DNA of 63,894 nt, counting the filler, from Octopus bimaculoides (Eukaryota): the NCBI RefSeq assembly GCF_001194135.2. It is 6 parts of 6 records of this genome, joined end to end, with 100 filler letters (N's around TTAATTAATTAA, not from the genome) between each part and the next. Parts side by side here need not be neighbours in the genome. Positions count along the whole stretch, not along the records: positions 19,845 to 51,733 come from NC_069000.1; positions 51,834 to 56,946 come from NW_026431392.1; positions 57,047 to 61,609 come from NC_068983.1; positions 61,710 to 63,894 come from NW_026430518.1; 2 more parts are not named here. One strand, 5' to 3'. Position 1 is the stretch's first letter. The number at the start of each line of letters is the position of its first letter. The position numbers and the translations under genes are program-made. Positions 49,673-62,373 of this stretch are shown here, piece after piece. The notes under the pieces are model-generated. The model saw nothing but the letters and a program-made list of their open reading frames with translations. It did not search any database and was not told the DNA's origin.

Positions 49673-49990
49673 CCACATTACATCACACCACCCCACCCCA
49701 CTCCCCACACACTAGCACTGGCTACCTCCCAACACCTACACCATCACACATTACACACATTACAGGCACACACACTTACACACGCACACACCCACATGTC
49801 AAAGTCACTAACCCCTATCCACATGCACACACATTCTCACACACACATACGCGCGCTTTGGGATCACCAGTGCTTTATTATCTCCCCTTCTTCCTAGCTC
49901 TCCTGCCTGACTACTTTCGTCCAACCAGTCGCCATGACTGACTGCTAACTCCAGAGGTTTTTTATTCTCTTTGTTTCTTTCCTAGTGTTC

Positions 49991-50026
49991 CTTTCTAATG
50001 AAGAGCGTAGGCTCGAAACGTAAAAG
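49991..50026 (+). ncRNA. Hammerhead motif with G5>A core mutation
   Basis: cttt-CTAATGA-a-gagc gtag gctc-GAAA-CGT-A-aaag; same stem II as the 8097 copy. Confidence 0.55.
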
Positions 50027-50124
50027 ACTTTCTCACCTTCCCGAGCGTCAAACTGATACACCTGCTTGTTGTTTATACACCTGTCTTCGTGGTTTGTTTT
50101 TCTGTAAATTTCAACTATATATCT

Positions 50125-50320
50125 ATTCTTTTATTTGCTTCTGTCATTTGACTGCGGCCATGCTAGAGCACCGCCTTTAGTCGAACAAATCGACCCCAGG
50201 ACTTATTCTTTGTAAGCCTAGTACTTATTCTATCGGTCTAATTGCCGAAACGCTAAGTTATAGGGACTTAAACACACCTACATCGGATCGATTGTCAAGC
50301 GATGGTGGTGGGGTGGACAT
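50125..50320 (-). mobile_element. Family B SINE 3' module
   Basis: Reverse complement of 38230-38418, ending at a microsatellite and gap. Confidence 0.75.
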
Positions 50321-51422
50321 ACATACATACCTATATACATATATATATATATATTTACATATATATATATATATATATATANNNNNNNNNNNNNNNNNNN
50401 NNNNNNNNNNNNNNNNNNNNNNNNNNNNNNNNNNNNNNNNNNNNNNNNNNNNNNNNNNNNNNNNNNNNNNNNNNNNNNNNNNNNNNNNNNNNNNNNNNNN
50501 NNNNNNNNNNNNNNNNNNNNNNNNNNNNNNNNNNNNNNNNNNNNNNNNNNNNNNNNNNNNNNNNNNNNNNNNNNNNNNNNNNNNNNNNNNNNNNNNNNNN
50601 NNNNNNNNNNNNNNNNNNNNNNNNNNNNNNNNNNNNNNNNNNNNNNNNNNNNNNNNNNNNNNNNNNNNNNNNNNNNNNNNNNNNNNNNNNNNNNNNNNNN
50701 NNNNNNNNNNNNNNNNNNNNNNNNNNNNNNNNNNNNNNNNNNNNNNNNNNNNNNNNNNNNNNNNNNNNNNNNNNNNNNNNNNNNNNNNNNNNNNNNNNNN
50801 NNNNNNNNNNNNNNNNNNNNNNNNNNNNNNNNNNNNNNNNNNNNNNNNNNNNNNATATATATATATATATATATATATATATACTTAAGACTTAGTTGTG
50901 ATCTCAACATAACCGCTTCTGACAGAGAATTGGGAGCCCTTTTGGGCATTCTATTTTCCTTGCTGGAAGGGTTCCCAACCTATGGGTAGAGAGAGGTTAG
51001 ATAATGGGATTGGTTCTTTCAAAGGGCTGGCATATGTAACCTGATCACCTCTGCCGATCAAACTCCCAACCCATGCGCTCCCGTCGCGACACTGATTCTG
51101 CCCAAATTTGATGTCAATGTTACTTAATTTGGCTTGAAATAAAGAACTTGATTAGCTTAATAATCCTAACATAATCCTGGGCAAAGCCGGGCTATACTGC
51201 TAGTACATATATAAATATATATCAATATACATATAAATAAATATATGAATATATATATATATATAAATATATCAATATATATATAAATATATATATATAT
51301 ATATTAGGTTTGGAGGTGATGTACAGGTAGTATATATTAGAGAAAATAATAAGGTACTCAGAAGTTTGGATAGTTGTGCATTTACAGATTTTTATTAATA
51401 TGTCATATGTTTCTATACATCA

Positions 51423-51465
51423 TATATCAGCGCTTTCATCTACTCTAATAGATTCTTCAGGTTTA
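51423..51465 (-). ncRNA. Hammerhead-like motif, left arm
   Basis: CTGAAGA-atcta ttagag tagat-GAAA-GCGCT-G: palindromic AGCGCT stem III, but the cleavage base is G and stem I is decayed. Confidence 0.45.
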
Positions 51466-51560
51466 AATTTTTTTGACGGGATTCGTCTCTTTTTATAATG
51501 TTATTTTTATAGTATTATATTATAATACTATAAAAAGAGACGAATACCTTCAAAAAAATT

Positions 51561-51602
51561 TAAATCTGAAGAATCTGTTAGAGTAGGTGAAACACTAATT
51601 TA
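51561..51602 (+). ncRNA. Hammerhead-like motif, right arm
   Basis: taaat-CTGAAGA-atct..aggt-GAAA-CACT-A-attta: 5-bp stem I, stem III decayed. Confidence 0.5.
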
Positions 51603-51675
51603 TGATTTATAAAAAACATGTAACATATTAATAAAAAACTTTAAATGTACAGCCATCCATATCTCTGAGTATCTT

Positions 51676-51733
<58 letters not shown>

Positions 51734-51833
51734 NNNNNNNNNNNNNNNNNNNNNNNNNNNNNNNNNNNNNNNNNNNNTTAATTAATTAANNNNNNNNNNN
51801 NNNNNNNNNNNNNNNNNNNNNNNNNNNNNNNNN
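51734..51833. other. Artificial N44-TTAATTAATTAA-N44 spacer
   Basis: Same structure as 8404-8503. Confidence 0.9.
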
Positions 51834-52369
51834 ATATATATATATATATATATATATATACATTTATATTATATGTCATGGTTATAAACCCATAAAGCCA
51901 CATAGACAAACACTAAGATATTATTCATTCTTATGGAGGCAACTCGGCAACTCTGCTAAGAAGCATAAAACGATAAAAGTGAAACCTTGTGAAGGCACAA
52001 CTGGGTCGTACGGGCAAGTAAACGACATACTCCCAGCTGCTTCAACGTATAAACGTATGTTGTGTTCTCTACCGGAATGCATCTGCAACAACCGACGCTT
52101 CACAAATGGTATCTAGAATCGACACTGTGCACAGGGAAGCAGAGAATGAACTGGATGCATGCTCAGATTCATGGCCCTTCCCCACCCCCAGTCCTTTCCC
52201 TAGCAATCTTTGAAAATCGTTAGAGGCAGAGAACTGTGGAATGAATTGAAGAAGGCACACGGTCAGTCATGGGGGACGGGTTAGGGTTAGAAAGCCTTCT
52301 GGCGCAACAACTGGGTCGCAGGAACCAAGAAGAATAAGTTATCCTTTATATCTCTATTATTTGACTGTT

Positions 52370-52874
52370 TGCAGTCAAGGAACTGTGACCATTTTGGGGC
52401 ACAGCCTCAAAGTGATTTATATGGCTGAGTATACCGGCCTCAGTACTTATTTCAGTTTAGTACACGTGTTTTAACGGTTGCCGCTAAGTTACCAAACACA
52501 GAGAAAGACAACATAAACATCACTGGACGGACACACACACGCACATCGCACCCCCCCCCCACATACTTAGCTTGCAAGTGAGATAACTACATAAAAACAA
52601 CTCTTCTTTCCCCCTTTACCGAAAGTCAAACTAATACAATCCATATGTACGTCCGCATGTTGTTTCGTTATTGTTAGATTTGATGTTCGATTGTTAATGT
52701 TCAAATTTAATATTCGATTTGACTATATATTTACGGTTTTCTTTCAGTTTCCGTCAACCAAATCCACTTACAAGACTCGGAGCTATAGTATGAAACTTAC
52801 CCACGCAGAAGAACTGAACCCGAAATCATGTGATCGGAAAGCAAGTTGCTTCTTATAACATAGTCATGCCTACA

Positions 52875-52880
<6 letters not shown>
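52370..52880 (-). mobile_element. Degenerate family B SINE, split in two
   Basis: 3' module at ~52370-52540 and 5' module (ctttcagtttccgtcaaccaaatccac) at ~52720-52880. Confidence 0.6.
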
Positions 52881-52908
<28 letters not shown>

Positions 52909-54479
52909 CACACACAGAGAACATAAACAAATAGAGGTATATCAGATACCATACAACATAATACTTGATTTATGAAAATTAGCTCCGTCTCTGGTTTTAA
53001 TTGCCATTTTTTAATTATGATACATCCTCATGAGGCCGCGAGAGTTTCAATAAATCAAGGATTTATGTAACATGGTATTTGGTGTGTGTGTGTAGCGAGA
53101 GAGAGAGAAAGTGAGAAAAGTAGGGAGATACAGAAAGAGGTAGATATTGGCGTCGGCATACCTTCTGTCTGCCAAATGTCTCTCGCACAAGATATTGCCT
53201 CACCTGAGGCTTTTGATTCGAGATATTGGCTAAAAACGTTACGTCGCGTAGTGGGATTGAACACAAATATACCAGTTTGCCGAGAGACCCTCTTCACTAC
53301 ACAATCCTGTGGTTAAGATGGTTTTACGCAAATGGAGCTGCGCCTACGCACATATCCTACAAGTAAAAATAAAATATACGGACAAAAAAAAATCCCTAAA
53401 ATTTACTACACATCTTTTTTTGATTTTTATATTTTCTTTTCCTTCGAAGGTTTTTTTTTTTTTTTAACTGGAAAAGATTAATAACGATTTCGGTGAGATA
53501 ATTACAGCAGATGCCAAGAGAAAATATATGTTGGGTGGGGTGGAGGGGGGAGCNNNNNNNNNNNNNNNNNNNNNNNNNNNNNNNNNNNNNNNNNNNNNNN
53601 NNNNNNNNNNNNNNNNNNNNNNNNNNNNNNNNNNNNNNNNNNNNNNNNNNNNNNNNNNNNNNNNNNNNNNNNNNNNNNNNNNNNNNNNNNNNNNNNNNNN
53701 NNNNNNNNNNNNNNNNNNNNNNNNNNNNNNNNNNNNNNNNNNNNNNNNNNNNNNNNNNNNNNNNNNNNNNNNNNNNNNNNNNNNNNNNNNNNNNNNNNNN
53801 NNNNNNNNNNNNNNNNNNNNNNNNNNNNNNNNNNNNNNNNNNNNNNNNNNNNNNNNNNNNNNNNNNNNNNNNNNNNNNNNNNNNNNNNNNNNNNNNNNNN
53901 NNNNNNNNNNNNNNNNNNNNNNNNNNNNNNNNNNNNNNNNNNNNNNNNNNNNNNNNNNNNNNNNNNNNNNNNNNNNNNNNNNNNNNNNNNNNNNNNNNNN
54001 NNNNNNNNNNNNNNNNNNNNNNNNNNNNNNNNNNNNNNNNNNNNNNNNNNNNNNNNNNNNNNNNNNNNNNNNNNNNNNNNNNNNNNNNNNNNNNNNNNNN
54101 NNNNNNNNNNNNNNNNNNNNNNNNNNNNNNNNNNNNNNNNNNNNNNNNNNNNNNNNNNNNNNNNNNNNNNNNNNNNNNNNNNNNNNNNNNNNNNNNNNNN
54201 NNNNNTGTTGCCGACGATGAATTCATCGGGTTTTTATGTTCGTTTCTTAAAGAAAAACCTCCAACTTTTGTTGTTGTTGTTGTTTCAGTGTCGGCAATAC
54301 GCCCCCACCCCCCACCCTGAAACGGCTTGTGAGTTTCGTTTGTTTTGACCGTGTTTTAGAAGTTTGTCTGAAAATGTTTTGCTCTTTATTGTTACCAAAC
54401 TGACCAAGATTCTGAGGAATTGGTCATTCCCTCATATTTTCGCCTTTCTGAATGAAATTTGCTAGTTTTTTTTTTGTTT

Positions 54480-55200
54480 TTTTTTTGTAGACTACCAAGT
54501 TTTTCAAATCCAAACATGGTGTCAAAAGTTTTGGCTGGATACCAGAGGGAAATGATGAATATTTGGAACAACATTCGTGATGCGATCTTCCCCACCTTAA
54601 GCCAAAATACCACTACCATTACCATTGTCGATAGAAACAACAACAACATTCTTCTATAGAACGCCAACGTCTGGAGACAGACTTGGCAGGTATTTTAACG
54701 CAAAGTCATTCATTGGGAGGAGGGCATATAACCGTATATGACATTTTAAAAATAAAGGAACCTCTGTCTAAATACTACACGAGACATCTGCCCATCAGCT
54801 TGCACCAGAGTATTTGGGAAGATAAAGACAAAGGTCACCGTTATGGAAATCAGTGGTAAGTACTTACTTTCATTGCACAATATGGATAGGTGGTCAGTAC
54901 TGATGTAACATTTGGTGAAATGCGGTCGGGTAAGACTACCATGGATACACCTGCTTGTGACACTGCAAGAGCAGAAAATAATGCTAGAACTGTGTCCTGC
55001 AAAAGGTGCTGAGAAGAAAGCCCAGCATCCAAAGTAGTAGACCAAGGGACTATGTATGTGGAAGGAAGACCCCTTAAAAACTTTTCTGCACAGAAAGTCT
55101 AAAAGAGCAAAAGCGAAATCGTGAAAGTTGTCAGTACTACGGACGAGACCAAACACATGTCAGGAACTTCAAATTGCCGCAGCCATCCGACTAGTTTGCT
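54480..55200 (+). mobile_element. Possible LINE (L1/Tx1-like) ORF1 relic
   Basis: Broken frames with several stops; VLAGYQRE and YVEGRP recall LINE ORF1 proteins, from memory only. Confidence 0.3.
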
Positions 55201-55714
55201 GAGCGTCCCTGTTTAGTGCGTCCCTGGCATAGTAATGTGTTAATAAACTTGTATTATTTATGATAATGTACAGGAGCCTGTATTTTATTAAATTGTCTAA
55301 ATGAATTTAATATCTGTTTAATTTAGAGGAGAACACTGACCGGTTCGGAAAAATCATTAATCCAGAAAAGCATTGGAACGAAAATATTCTACCAAATCGA
55401 TGTTGCGCCTGTATATAGAATGACAGCACGAGACAAAGAAAGACAGCGGATCATGATACTCAGCCAGCTGAGTGCAGATGATTGATGATGATGATGATGA
55501 TGATGATTGTTGCTCACTATATAACAATAATTGTGATATAAAAGAAATCATGAATGAAATATTTGACTCTGTTATTGTCAAACATATTCTCGTTGGAAAT
55601 AAACGATAATTCGCCTCAATGTTTCTCTTTATATTATATTTCGCTTTCTACATCTCGTGATATTTATTTCAATTACTGAAACAATGAAAGCAAAATGTTA
55701 CAACGCAGAATATG

Positions 55715-55744
<30 letters not shown>

Positions 55745-55747
<3 letters not shown>

Positions 55748-55872
55748 GCGAGCTGGCTGAATCGTTTGGACGCCGGGAAAAATGCTTAGCGGCATTTCGT
55801 CCGTTTTTACGTTCTGAGTTCAAATTCCTCCGAGGTCGACTTTGTCTTTCACTCTTTCAGGTTCGATAAAAT
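55745..55872 (+). mobile_element. Family A SINE 5' part after a (TAT)n tract
   Basis: gcgagctggctgaatcgtt...ttctgagttcaaattcctccgaggtcgactttg. Confidence 0.8.
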
Positions 55873-55925
55873 CAGCCCAAGGTCATCATGATCAATAAAT
55901 GCCACGAGTTGTTTATTATATATAA

Positions 55926-55960
<35 letters not shown>

Positions 55961-56599
55961 TGTGTGTGTGTACGTGTGTGTGTGTGTACGTGTGTGTGTG
56001 TGTACGTGTGTGTCTGTCTGTCTGTGTGTGCTTACATGAATATATACATACATACATGTAAAAGCAGACACATCCAAACACACACACATGAAAACTCCAT
56101 TTATTGTGATTTCTTTAAAAATACGTGATTACCTCTAATTATTCTCTTCGCACACAGAAAAATATTTGGAGTATGTCCGGACATGCTTGATGGTTCGTTA
56201 ACAGCTCACTAGAAGCCCAATGCCTCTCATCCCTCTGCACCAGGAGTTATTCAGAGTAATCGCTATTTAAATCAAGCACTAACTATTACCCAGTAAATAG
56301 CCAAAACAATTCTTTGTGAAATTCTCTTTGTGAGCAGAACGACGAGAGAGTAGTTGTCAATCTCCTTGTTTCTCTGAGAGCAGAATATACATATATCTAG
56401 TTGTCAATCTCCTTGTTCCACACACAATCTATTGGTCAGCTCCAGGATATAACAGAGTACACTCGCTCAAGGTTCAACGCATGGGGATCGAACGCGAAGA
56501 CATGCAATGTTGAGAATGAACTACTTAACTACACAGGCATACTCACGCTTATATGTATACATATATTTATTTCGCTTCCCTCTCTCCTCTCTCTAAAAG

Positions 56600-56910
56600 T
56601 AAAGTCAGCAACTTTCGAACACAAAAAGTGAAGACGGACGAAACGCCGGTAAGCATTTTGTCCGATACACTAACCGTTCCGCTAGTTCGCCGCATTATAT
56701 GAGTGAATTGAAATAGTAATATTTATGATATTAGCTTCAAATTTTGGTATATGGCCAGTAATTTCTGGAGAAAGAGTAAGGCATTTACATCGAGCCCAGG
56801 GCTCAACTGGTACTTTATTTATCGACTCCGAAAGGAAGAAAGTCAAAGTCGACCAATGGTGACATTTGAACTCAGAATGTAAAGACGGACGGACGACGCT
56901 AACGATTTCG
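56600..56910 (-). mobile_element. Two family A SINE pieces in tandem
   Basis: Head fragment 56600-56695 and body 56735-56910. Confidence 0.65.
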
Positions 56911-56946
56911 CTCGGCTAAAGATTCAGCCATATATATACAATATAT

Positions 56947-57046
56947 NNNNNNNNNNNNNNNNNNNNNNNNNNNNNNNNNNNNNNNNNNNNTTAATTAATT
57001 AANNNNNNNNNNNNNNNNNNNNNNNNNNNNNNNNNNNNNNNNNNNN
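56947..57046. other. Artificial N44-TTAATTAATTAA-N44 spacer
   Basis: Same structure as 8404-8503. Confidence 0.9.
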
Positions 57047-57159
57047 ATATATATATATGCATATAATTACCTGACACTTCTTATTAGAGGAGATGCTACT
57101 AATATTAAATCAAACTCTCTATCAAAAACACAATGATTTTTCAAAAGCTATGATAAGTT

Positions 57160-57800
57160 TAATCTACCTGTAATTTGGCTTGGTTCACTACAAGTCTTTT
57201 CCAAAACTGGTTTACGAACCAGTTTCTGTATCGCTTCAGAAAAGCAAAGTGGAAGGGGTAATATTTCCAAAATAATATTGCTCCTTTTAGACAATGCACC
57301 AATGAAGACAAATACTTATTCGATAATATAAGAAGGGAATATATCCCCAAGAACACAGATCCCTTGCTCTGTGCGGCGAATCAAAGTGTGGTAGTTAATT
57401 TCTTGCCAAGACAGCAGCTGAGAAGAACTTCGAAAAAAAAAAAGAGAGAAAACTCATAAAAACTATTGACAGGACGGATAAACCTGTAGAGATTTCGGGA
57501 AGAAGCTCAACATTATGGATGCTATAGATAACAGCCGAATCATAGGACGAAGTGACGGCCTCAGCTATGAATGTTGTTTAAGCATATGTCAGGACTGATT
57601 CTGTGACTTTACAGGGTTTCAATCATCAAAAGATATATATCAAGTTCAGCAAAAGGTTGTGCCATTGGTGAATAATGGATTTGAAGAAGTCGTTGAAGAT
57701 GATGTGATTGAGTTGCTGGTATCGCAAAAAGAAACATTGATGATGTTAGAACAAGTGTGAGCTTCAAGGCAAGAAGTGAATTTAGTAAGTGCATCCTCTC
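57160..57800 (+). mobile_element. pogo/Tigger DDE transposase relic
   Basis: AWFTTSLFQNWF..F, LLDNAP, KKLNIMDAIDN..S*DEVT; many stops and frameshifts. Confidence 0.65.
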
Positions 57801-57859
57801 CATTCCACTTGGCTTCAAAAAATTTTTTTTTAATGTTTGGAGGGTGGATGGCTGGAACA

Positions 57860-58540
57860 ATAAAGCCGTTGAATTGTTCAATGCTTCAGGAAGTACAGCC
57901 TCCAAAATGATGCAGGCATTCCAAAACGAAGGCAAAAACCAGCTCTGGCAAGCACAATTCTAGATGTAAGGCAAAGCTCACAAAAAAGTACAACAGAGAA
58001 ATAAAAATGCAGTGCATCTGGAAGCCATCGAAGTAAAGAAGCCAAAGTGAGAGCAGAACTAAACCACCATTTTGCCAACCTTGTGTCACCCAAAGCTATT
58101 CGTTGTGAGTTCCATAACGCTGGACACCATGGGAGGGATCCAATTGATAAATCTTCCTTGTCCTCTATCAACGGAAGGAATGGGATCTAGACATGGTCAA
58201 TTTCTCAATGGAACAATGTCATCTCTGAGGAATCATTATTTACCCTTTTCCCTAATTCTGGAGACAGCCCAAACAATCCCTCAAGCCTCACTGGTTCCGA
58301 CCATGGAGCATGGGGGTGGCACTATTATGATTTGGGTAGCCATATCCCAGAACCCTCACGGCACTTTTGTTGTTCCACGTGGCACAGTTAACATCAAGGA
58401 TTATCTGAGTATTTGGTTGATCATATCCACCCTTTGGTGCTAGGTTGTTCTCTGATGGTAGCACAATCTTCTTGTTGACGTTATTCTACAGTAACGCAAA
58501 TAAGAATTCCTCGAGAACAGCAACAGGAAGTCAACGGAAA
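57860..58540 (+). mobile_element. Tc1-family transposase relic
   Basis: SKMMQAFQNEGK, VSPKAIRCEFH, WNNVISEES (cf. FSDES), PTMEHGGGTIMIWVAIS. Confidence 0.75.
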
Positions 58541-58776
58541 TTCCTCAATTACTTTCAGAAAACGTTGACATTTACAAAGGCATCATAAACGTATTTAATG
58601 ACAAAAGAGATTTTGAAAGAATACTAGAAATGAAACCACAAATAAGTACATGTAGGTGTGTGTATATATACACGCACACATACATGCATACATACACACA
58701 CACACACACACACACACACGTACATACATACATGCATACATATATATGTATATACATATACATACATACATAATAC

Positions 58777-58854
<78 letters not shown>

Positions 58855-58912
58855 ACCTCCCACCTATGTACTGTATTTCTGAAACAACCCTCTTGTATTG
58901 TTCATTGTATTA

Positions 58913-58951
<39 letters not shown>

Positions 58952-59224
58952 CACATATAATGTATAATGTGTCTATGTATGCGTATGCATAATAACATAG
59001 ATATGTTAAGGCGTGGTGTGTTTATTTAGCATTATTAGTTACATCTAATGTTGTTAGAATGGCTGTATCTGAATGAGAAAGAGTGAGTGTAAAGTGTGCG
59101 TGTGTGTGAGTGTGTGTGTCTGTGCACGCGAATGTACATTAATCAACATGGCATATATTATTTATAAATGCACTTTCGAAGTCGAGGTAAAGAATCGAGT
59201 TTCAACTCTCAGTGGATAATTCTT

Positions 59225-59450
59225 CCAATTTTTGGCACAAGGCCAGTAATTTTTAAAAGGAAGCGCGCGCGCGTAGGGGGGGGGATTAGTCGATTACAGC
59301 GACCCCGGGATTTGACTGCTACTTTATTTTCTCGTCCCCGAAAGGATAAACGGTATATTTGACCTCGGCGAGATTTTAGCTCAGACCCTAGAGAGCCAGA
59401 AGAAATGTGACTGAGCATTTTGTCCGATTCGCAAACGAATTTACCAACTG
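59225..59450 (-). mobile_element. Family A SINE
   Basis: Reverse complement of the family A consensus. Confidence 0.7.
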
Positions 59451-60274
59451 AATGCAAATTCATTTTACTTATTCATTAATTCTCTAGGTAAAGGCACGAA
59501 CCCCACAGCATTCCATTTATTCTGGTCCCTAAATTATGTTTGTTGTTTGCCGGGTGAACCAGCTTTTATACGTATGAGAGCTGCGTGTATATGTTAGTGT
59601 GTGTGTGCGTGTGTGTGTGTGTGTGTTAGTGATAAACTCTTTTCCTCCTGACAGCCCAACATTGGCTGGAAGCACCAGAAACGGAACTAAAACAGGTTTT
59701 ACATCAAACTCTCCGTCAACCAGACATATGTCCTCACAAGAACCAAACACAGCTAAGGCTTCTGCCACACGCCAAGTCTTGTTACAGCCCGTCCCCAGCG
59801 CTCGTCACTTTCTCCAGTATTTCTTTCTCCCACCTAGGTTCATCTTGGTTCATCTGGTCTTTTGGCAGGTTTTGAGTTGGTCCTGTTGGCTTTCTAGCAA
59901 CGCCAGCGTAGACAATCTTCCTATGTAACTTGTAATGATGGTTCACACGTTACACGTAGCACTTACCGCGATCTGTTATAACTGCAAACGTAGGTGCAGT
60001 CCTGTGCATGTTTCATTTCCTACCAAGCAATTCGTGTACAGTAAAGGAATTTTAGGGAAACACAAACAGACAAAAGATCCTTCAAAAATGGCCGTTGTTG
60101 TTGTGACTGCTGCTGGTGCTGTTGGTGTTGCTGTCAATTTTGCGTGGAGTTTCCCGCGCATTTCAGACAACGAAACTCCGCCACTTCCGTCATTTCAGAG
60201 CTCGTGGTTAATTAAACATAGATAGAAATAAATCAAGAAATGATAGAGAAAGTTCAATATATTGGAGAGGTCAA

Positions 60275-60490
60275 AGGTGACGAGCTGGCACAATCGTCAT
60301 CACACCGGACAAAATGCTTAGCGGCATTTCGTCCGACTTTACGCTCTGAGTTCAAATAACCCCGGAGTTAAATTCCTTTCATTCTTTCGGGGTCGATAAA
60401 ATAATTACCAGTTACACTTTGGGGTCAATGGAGTCGACTTACTCATCTTCTCTGAAGTTGCCGGCCTTGTGCCAAAACTTGAAACCAATG
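60275..60490 (+). mobile_element. Family A SINE
   Basis: gacgagctggcacaatcg...ctttcattctttcggggtcgataaaataattacc...gccaaaacttgaaaccaat. Confidence 0.8.
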
Positions 60491-60529
60491 TATTATGGCA
60501 GCCTGCATTAACCAGAGGAACGCTTTGTT

Positions 60530-60670
60530 ATAATACAACTCCTCTTTGCCAGCTGAGTGGACTGAGGCAACGTGGAATAAAGTGTCTTGCTCAAGGACAT
60601 AAGGTGTTGTTGAGAATCGAACTCACGATCACAAACCGAACACCCTAACAACTTAGCTACGCACCTTCAT
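60530..60670 (-). mobile_element. Family C SINE fragment
   Basis: aagtgtcttgctcaagga...gagaatcgaactc: reverse complement of head and body. Confidence 0.6.
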
Positions 60671-61040
60671 ATACTGTATACTCATACACACACATACATA
60701 CACACACACATACATACACACATACGTATATACATACATATATACACACACATACACACACATACATACACAAACACACATACACACATACATACACACA
60801 TACATACACACATATACACACATATATACATACATATACACATACATACACACATACATATATATACACAAACATGCATACAAAACATATACTTACACAC
60901 ATACATACACACACATACATACACATACATACACACATACATACATACATACGAAACACACATACTTACATACACACACATACACACACATACACACACA
61001 TGCACACATACATACATACATACATACATACATTCATACA
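60670..61040 (+). repeat. Long (CA)/(CATA) compound microsatellite
   Basis: Direct inspection. Confidence 0.95.
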
Positions 61041-61390
61041 GCAATCTTCAGGCTGAAGATCGCTTGGAGACACAAGGCATGCCATTAAAACATGCCTAGC
61101 CTACATCTCCAATGCACGAAATTATTAATAGTTCGTAACTGTATACTGTGTACAGTAAATGATATTTATCTATCATTAGACGAATTAATATTTTAGTTTT
61201 GTTAACCTTAACTGAAAAATAAGCTATATTACACACACACACAAACACGCGCGCGCGCATATATATAGACATAAATATATACCTGTAGTGTAACTTTAGA
61301 GCATGTACTTTATAATTGAAACTTAATTGCAGATGAGTAAATAAGGAATTGAGAAGTTACTCGCTCGCGTGCGCGCGCACACACATATGT

Positions 61391-61429
<39 letters not shown>

Positions 61430-61513
61430 CACATATACACACACACACATATATATACACACACACACATGTCAGGTGGGGGAGAAGAGCCATGCAAGCA
61501 ACGTGAAAATCAC

Positions 61514-61609
61514 GGTGGTGCACCAGCATGACCGCAGCCACTTGGCTGAAACACATAAATAAATAAATAAATAACAGCCAAGTGGCTGCGGTCATGCTGG
61601 TGCACCACC
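61514..61609. repeat. Perfect 35-bp inverted repeat of a SINE tail at a contig end
   Basis: 61514-61548 versus 61575-61609 around an (AAAT)n spacer, abutting a gap. Confidence 0.85.
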
Positions 61610-61709
61610 NNNNNNNNNNNNNNNNNNNNNNNNNNNNNNNNNNNNNNNNNNNNTTAATTAATTAANNNNNNNNNNNNNNNNNNNNNNNNNNNNNNNNNNN
61701 NNNNNNNNN
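61610..61709. other. Artificial N44-TTAATTAATTAA-N44 spacer
   Basis: Same structure as 8404-8503. Confidence 0.9.
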
Positions 61710-61960
61710 TGTGTGTGTGTGTGTGTTTGTGTATGTGCGCACATATATATATTCTTTTATTCTTTTTCTTGTTTCAGTCATTTGACAGCAGCCATGCTGG
61801 AGCACCGCCTTTAGTCGAGCGAATCGCCCTCAAGACATATTTTTGTAAGCGTAGTACACACACACAAACACACACACACACACACACACACATATAATGC
61901 CTACACACACAAACACACCCATACACACACACACACACACACACACACGTACTCACACTT

Positions 61961-61994
<34 letters not shown>

Positions 61995-62334
61995 GTAATT
62001 ATATGTATGTGTTTTATGTGTGTATGTCCGTTGTATTTACTAATGAGACACACCAACCACTGCCATCAACAAACGCACACACACACAAACACACACGCAC
62101 ACAGACACGTACACGCCCACAAGCGTTCATATATCCATACACATGTGTAGATATATGTGTGTGTGCACGTGTGTTTGTGTATATGTATGTAAAAACACAT
62201 ACACATAGATATTTCCACATGGACACATGCGTCTGGCTGTTAGGTTTGTCGTATTATAATGTATCTGTATTTGTACGTATGCAGCAGCGTTCTCATATAC
62301 ATGTGTATGTATGTGTGTGTATATACGCGCGCAC

Positions 62335-62373
<39 letters not shown>

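Larger units (their letters stand above)
48955..50110 (+). mobile_element. PLE 3' fragment: GIY-YIG C-terminus, long C-rich UTR and terminal hammerhead
   Basis: LSVFRLSLHRGHPDTFLHREQELIFYFRSFAPHGLNS matches the PLE endonuclease end RE..LI......P.GLN; hammerhead motif at 49991. Confidence 0.7.
51345..51680. repeat. Old imperfect ~165-bp inverted repeat carrying divergent hammerhead-like motifs
   Basis: Arms about 80-85% identical by eye, centred on 51520; inner tttttatagtattata/tataatactataaaaa is perfect. Confidence 0.85.

Noticed and set aside
52278-52290. Telomere-like gggttagggttag
   Set aside because: Only two units.
54491-54659. Phase-compatible next exon for the 43473 CDS (ttttgtAG|A)
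   Set aside because: Phase match has a 1-in-3 chance, the frame soon stops, and the region looks like a degraded LINE ORF1.
59655-60050. Open frames and splice-like sites on both strands
   Set aside because: No recognisable domain; competing frames are equally plausible; possibly LINE debris.
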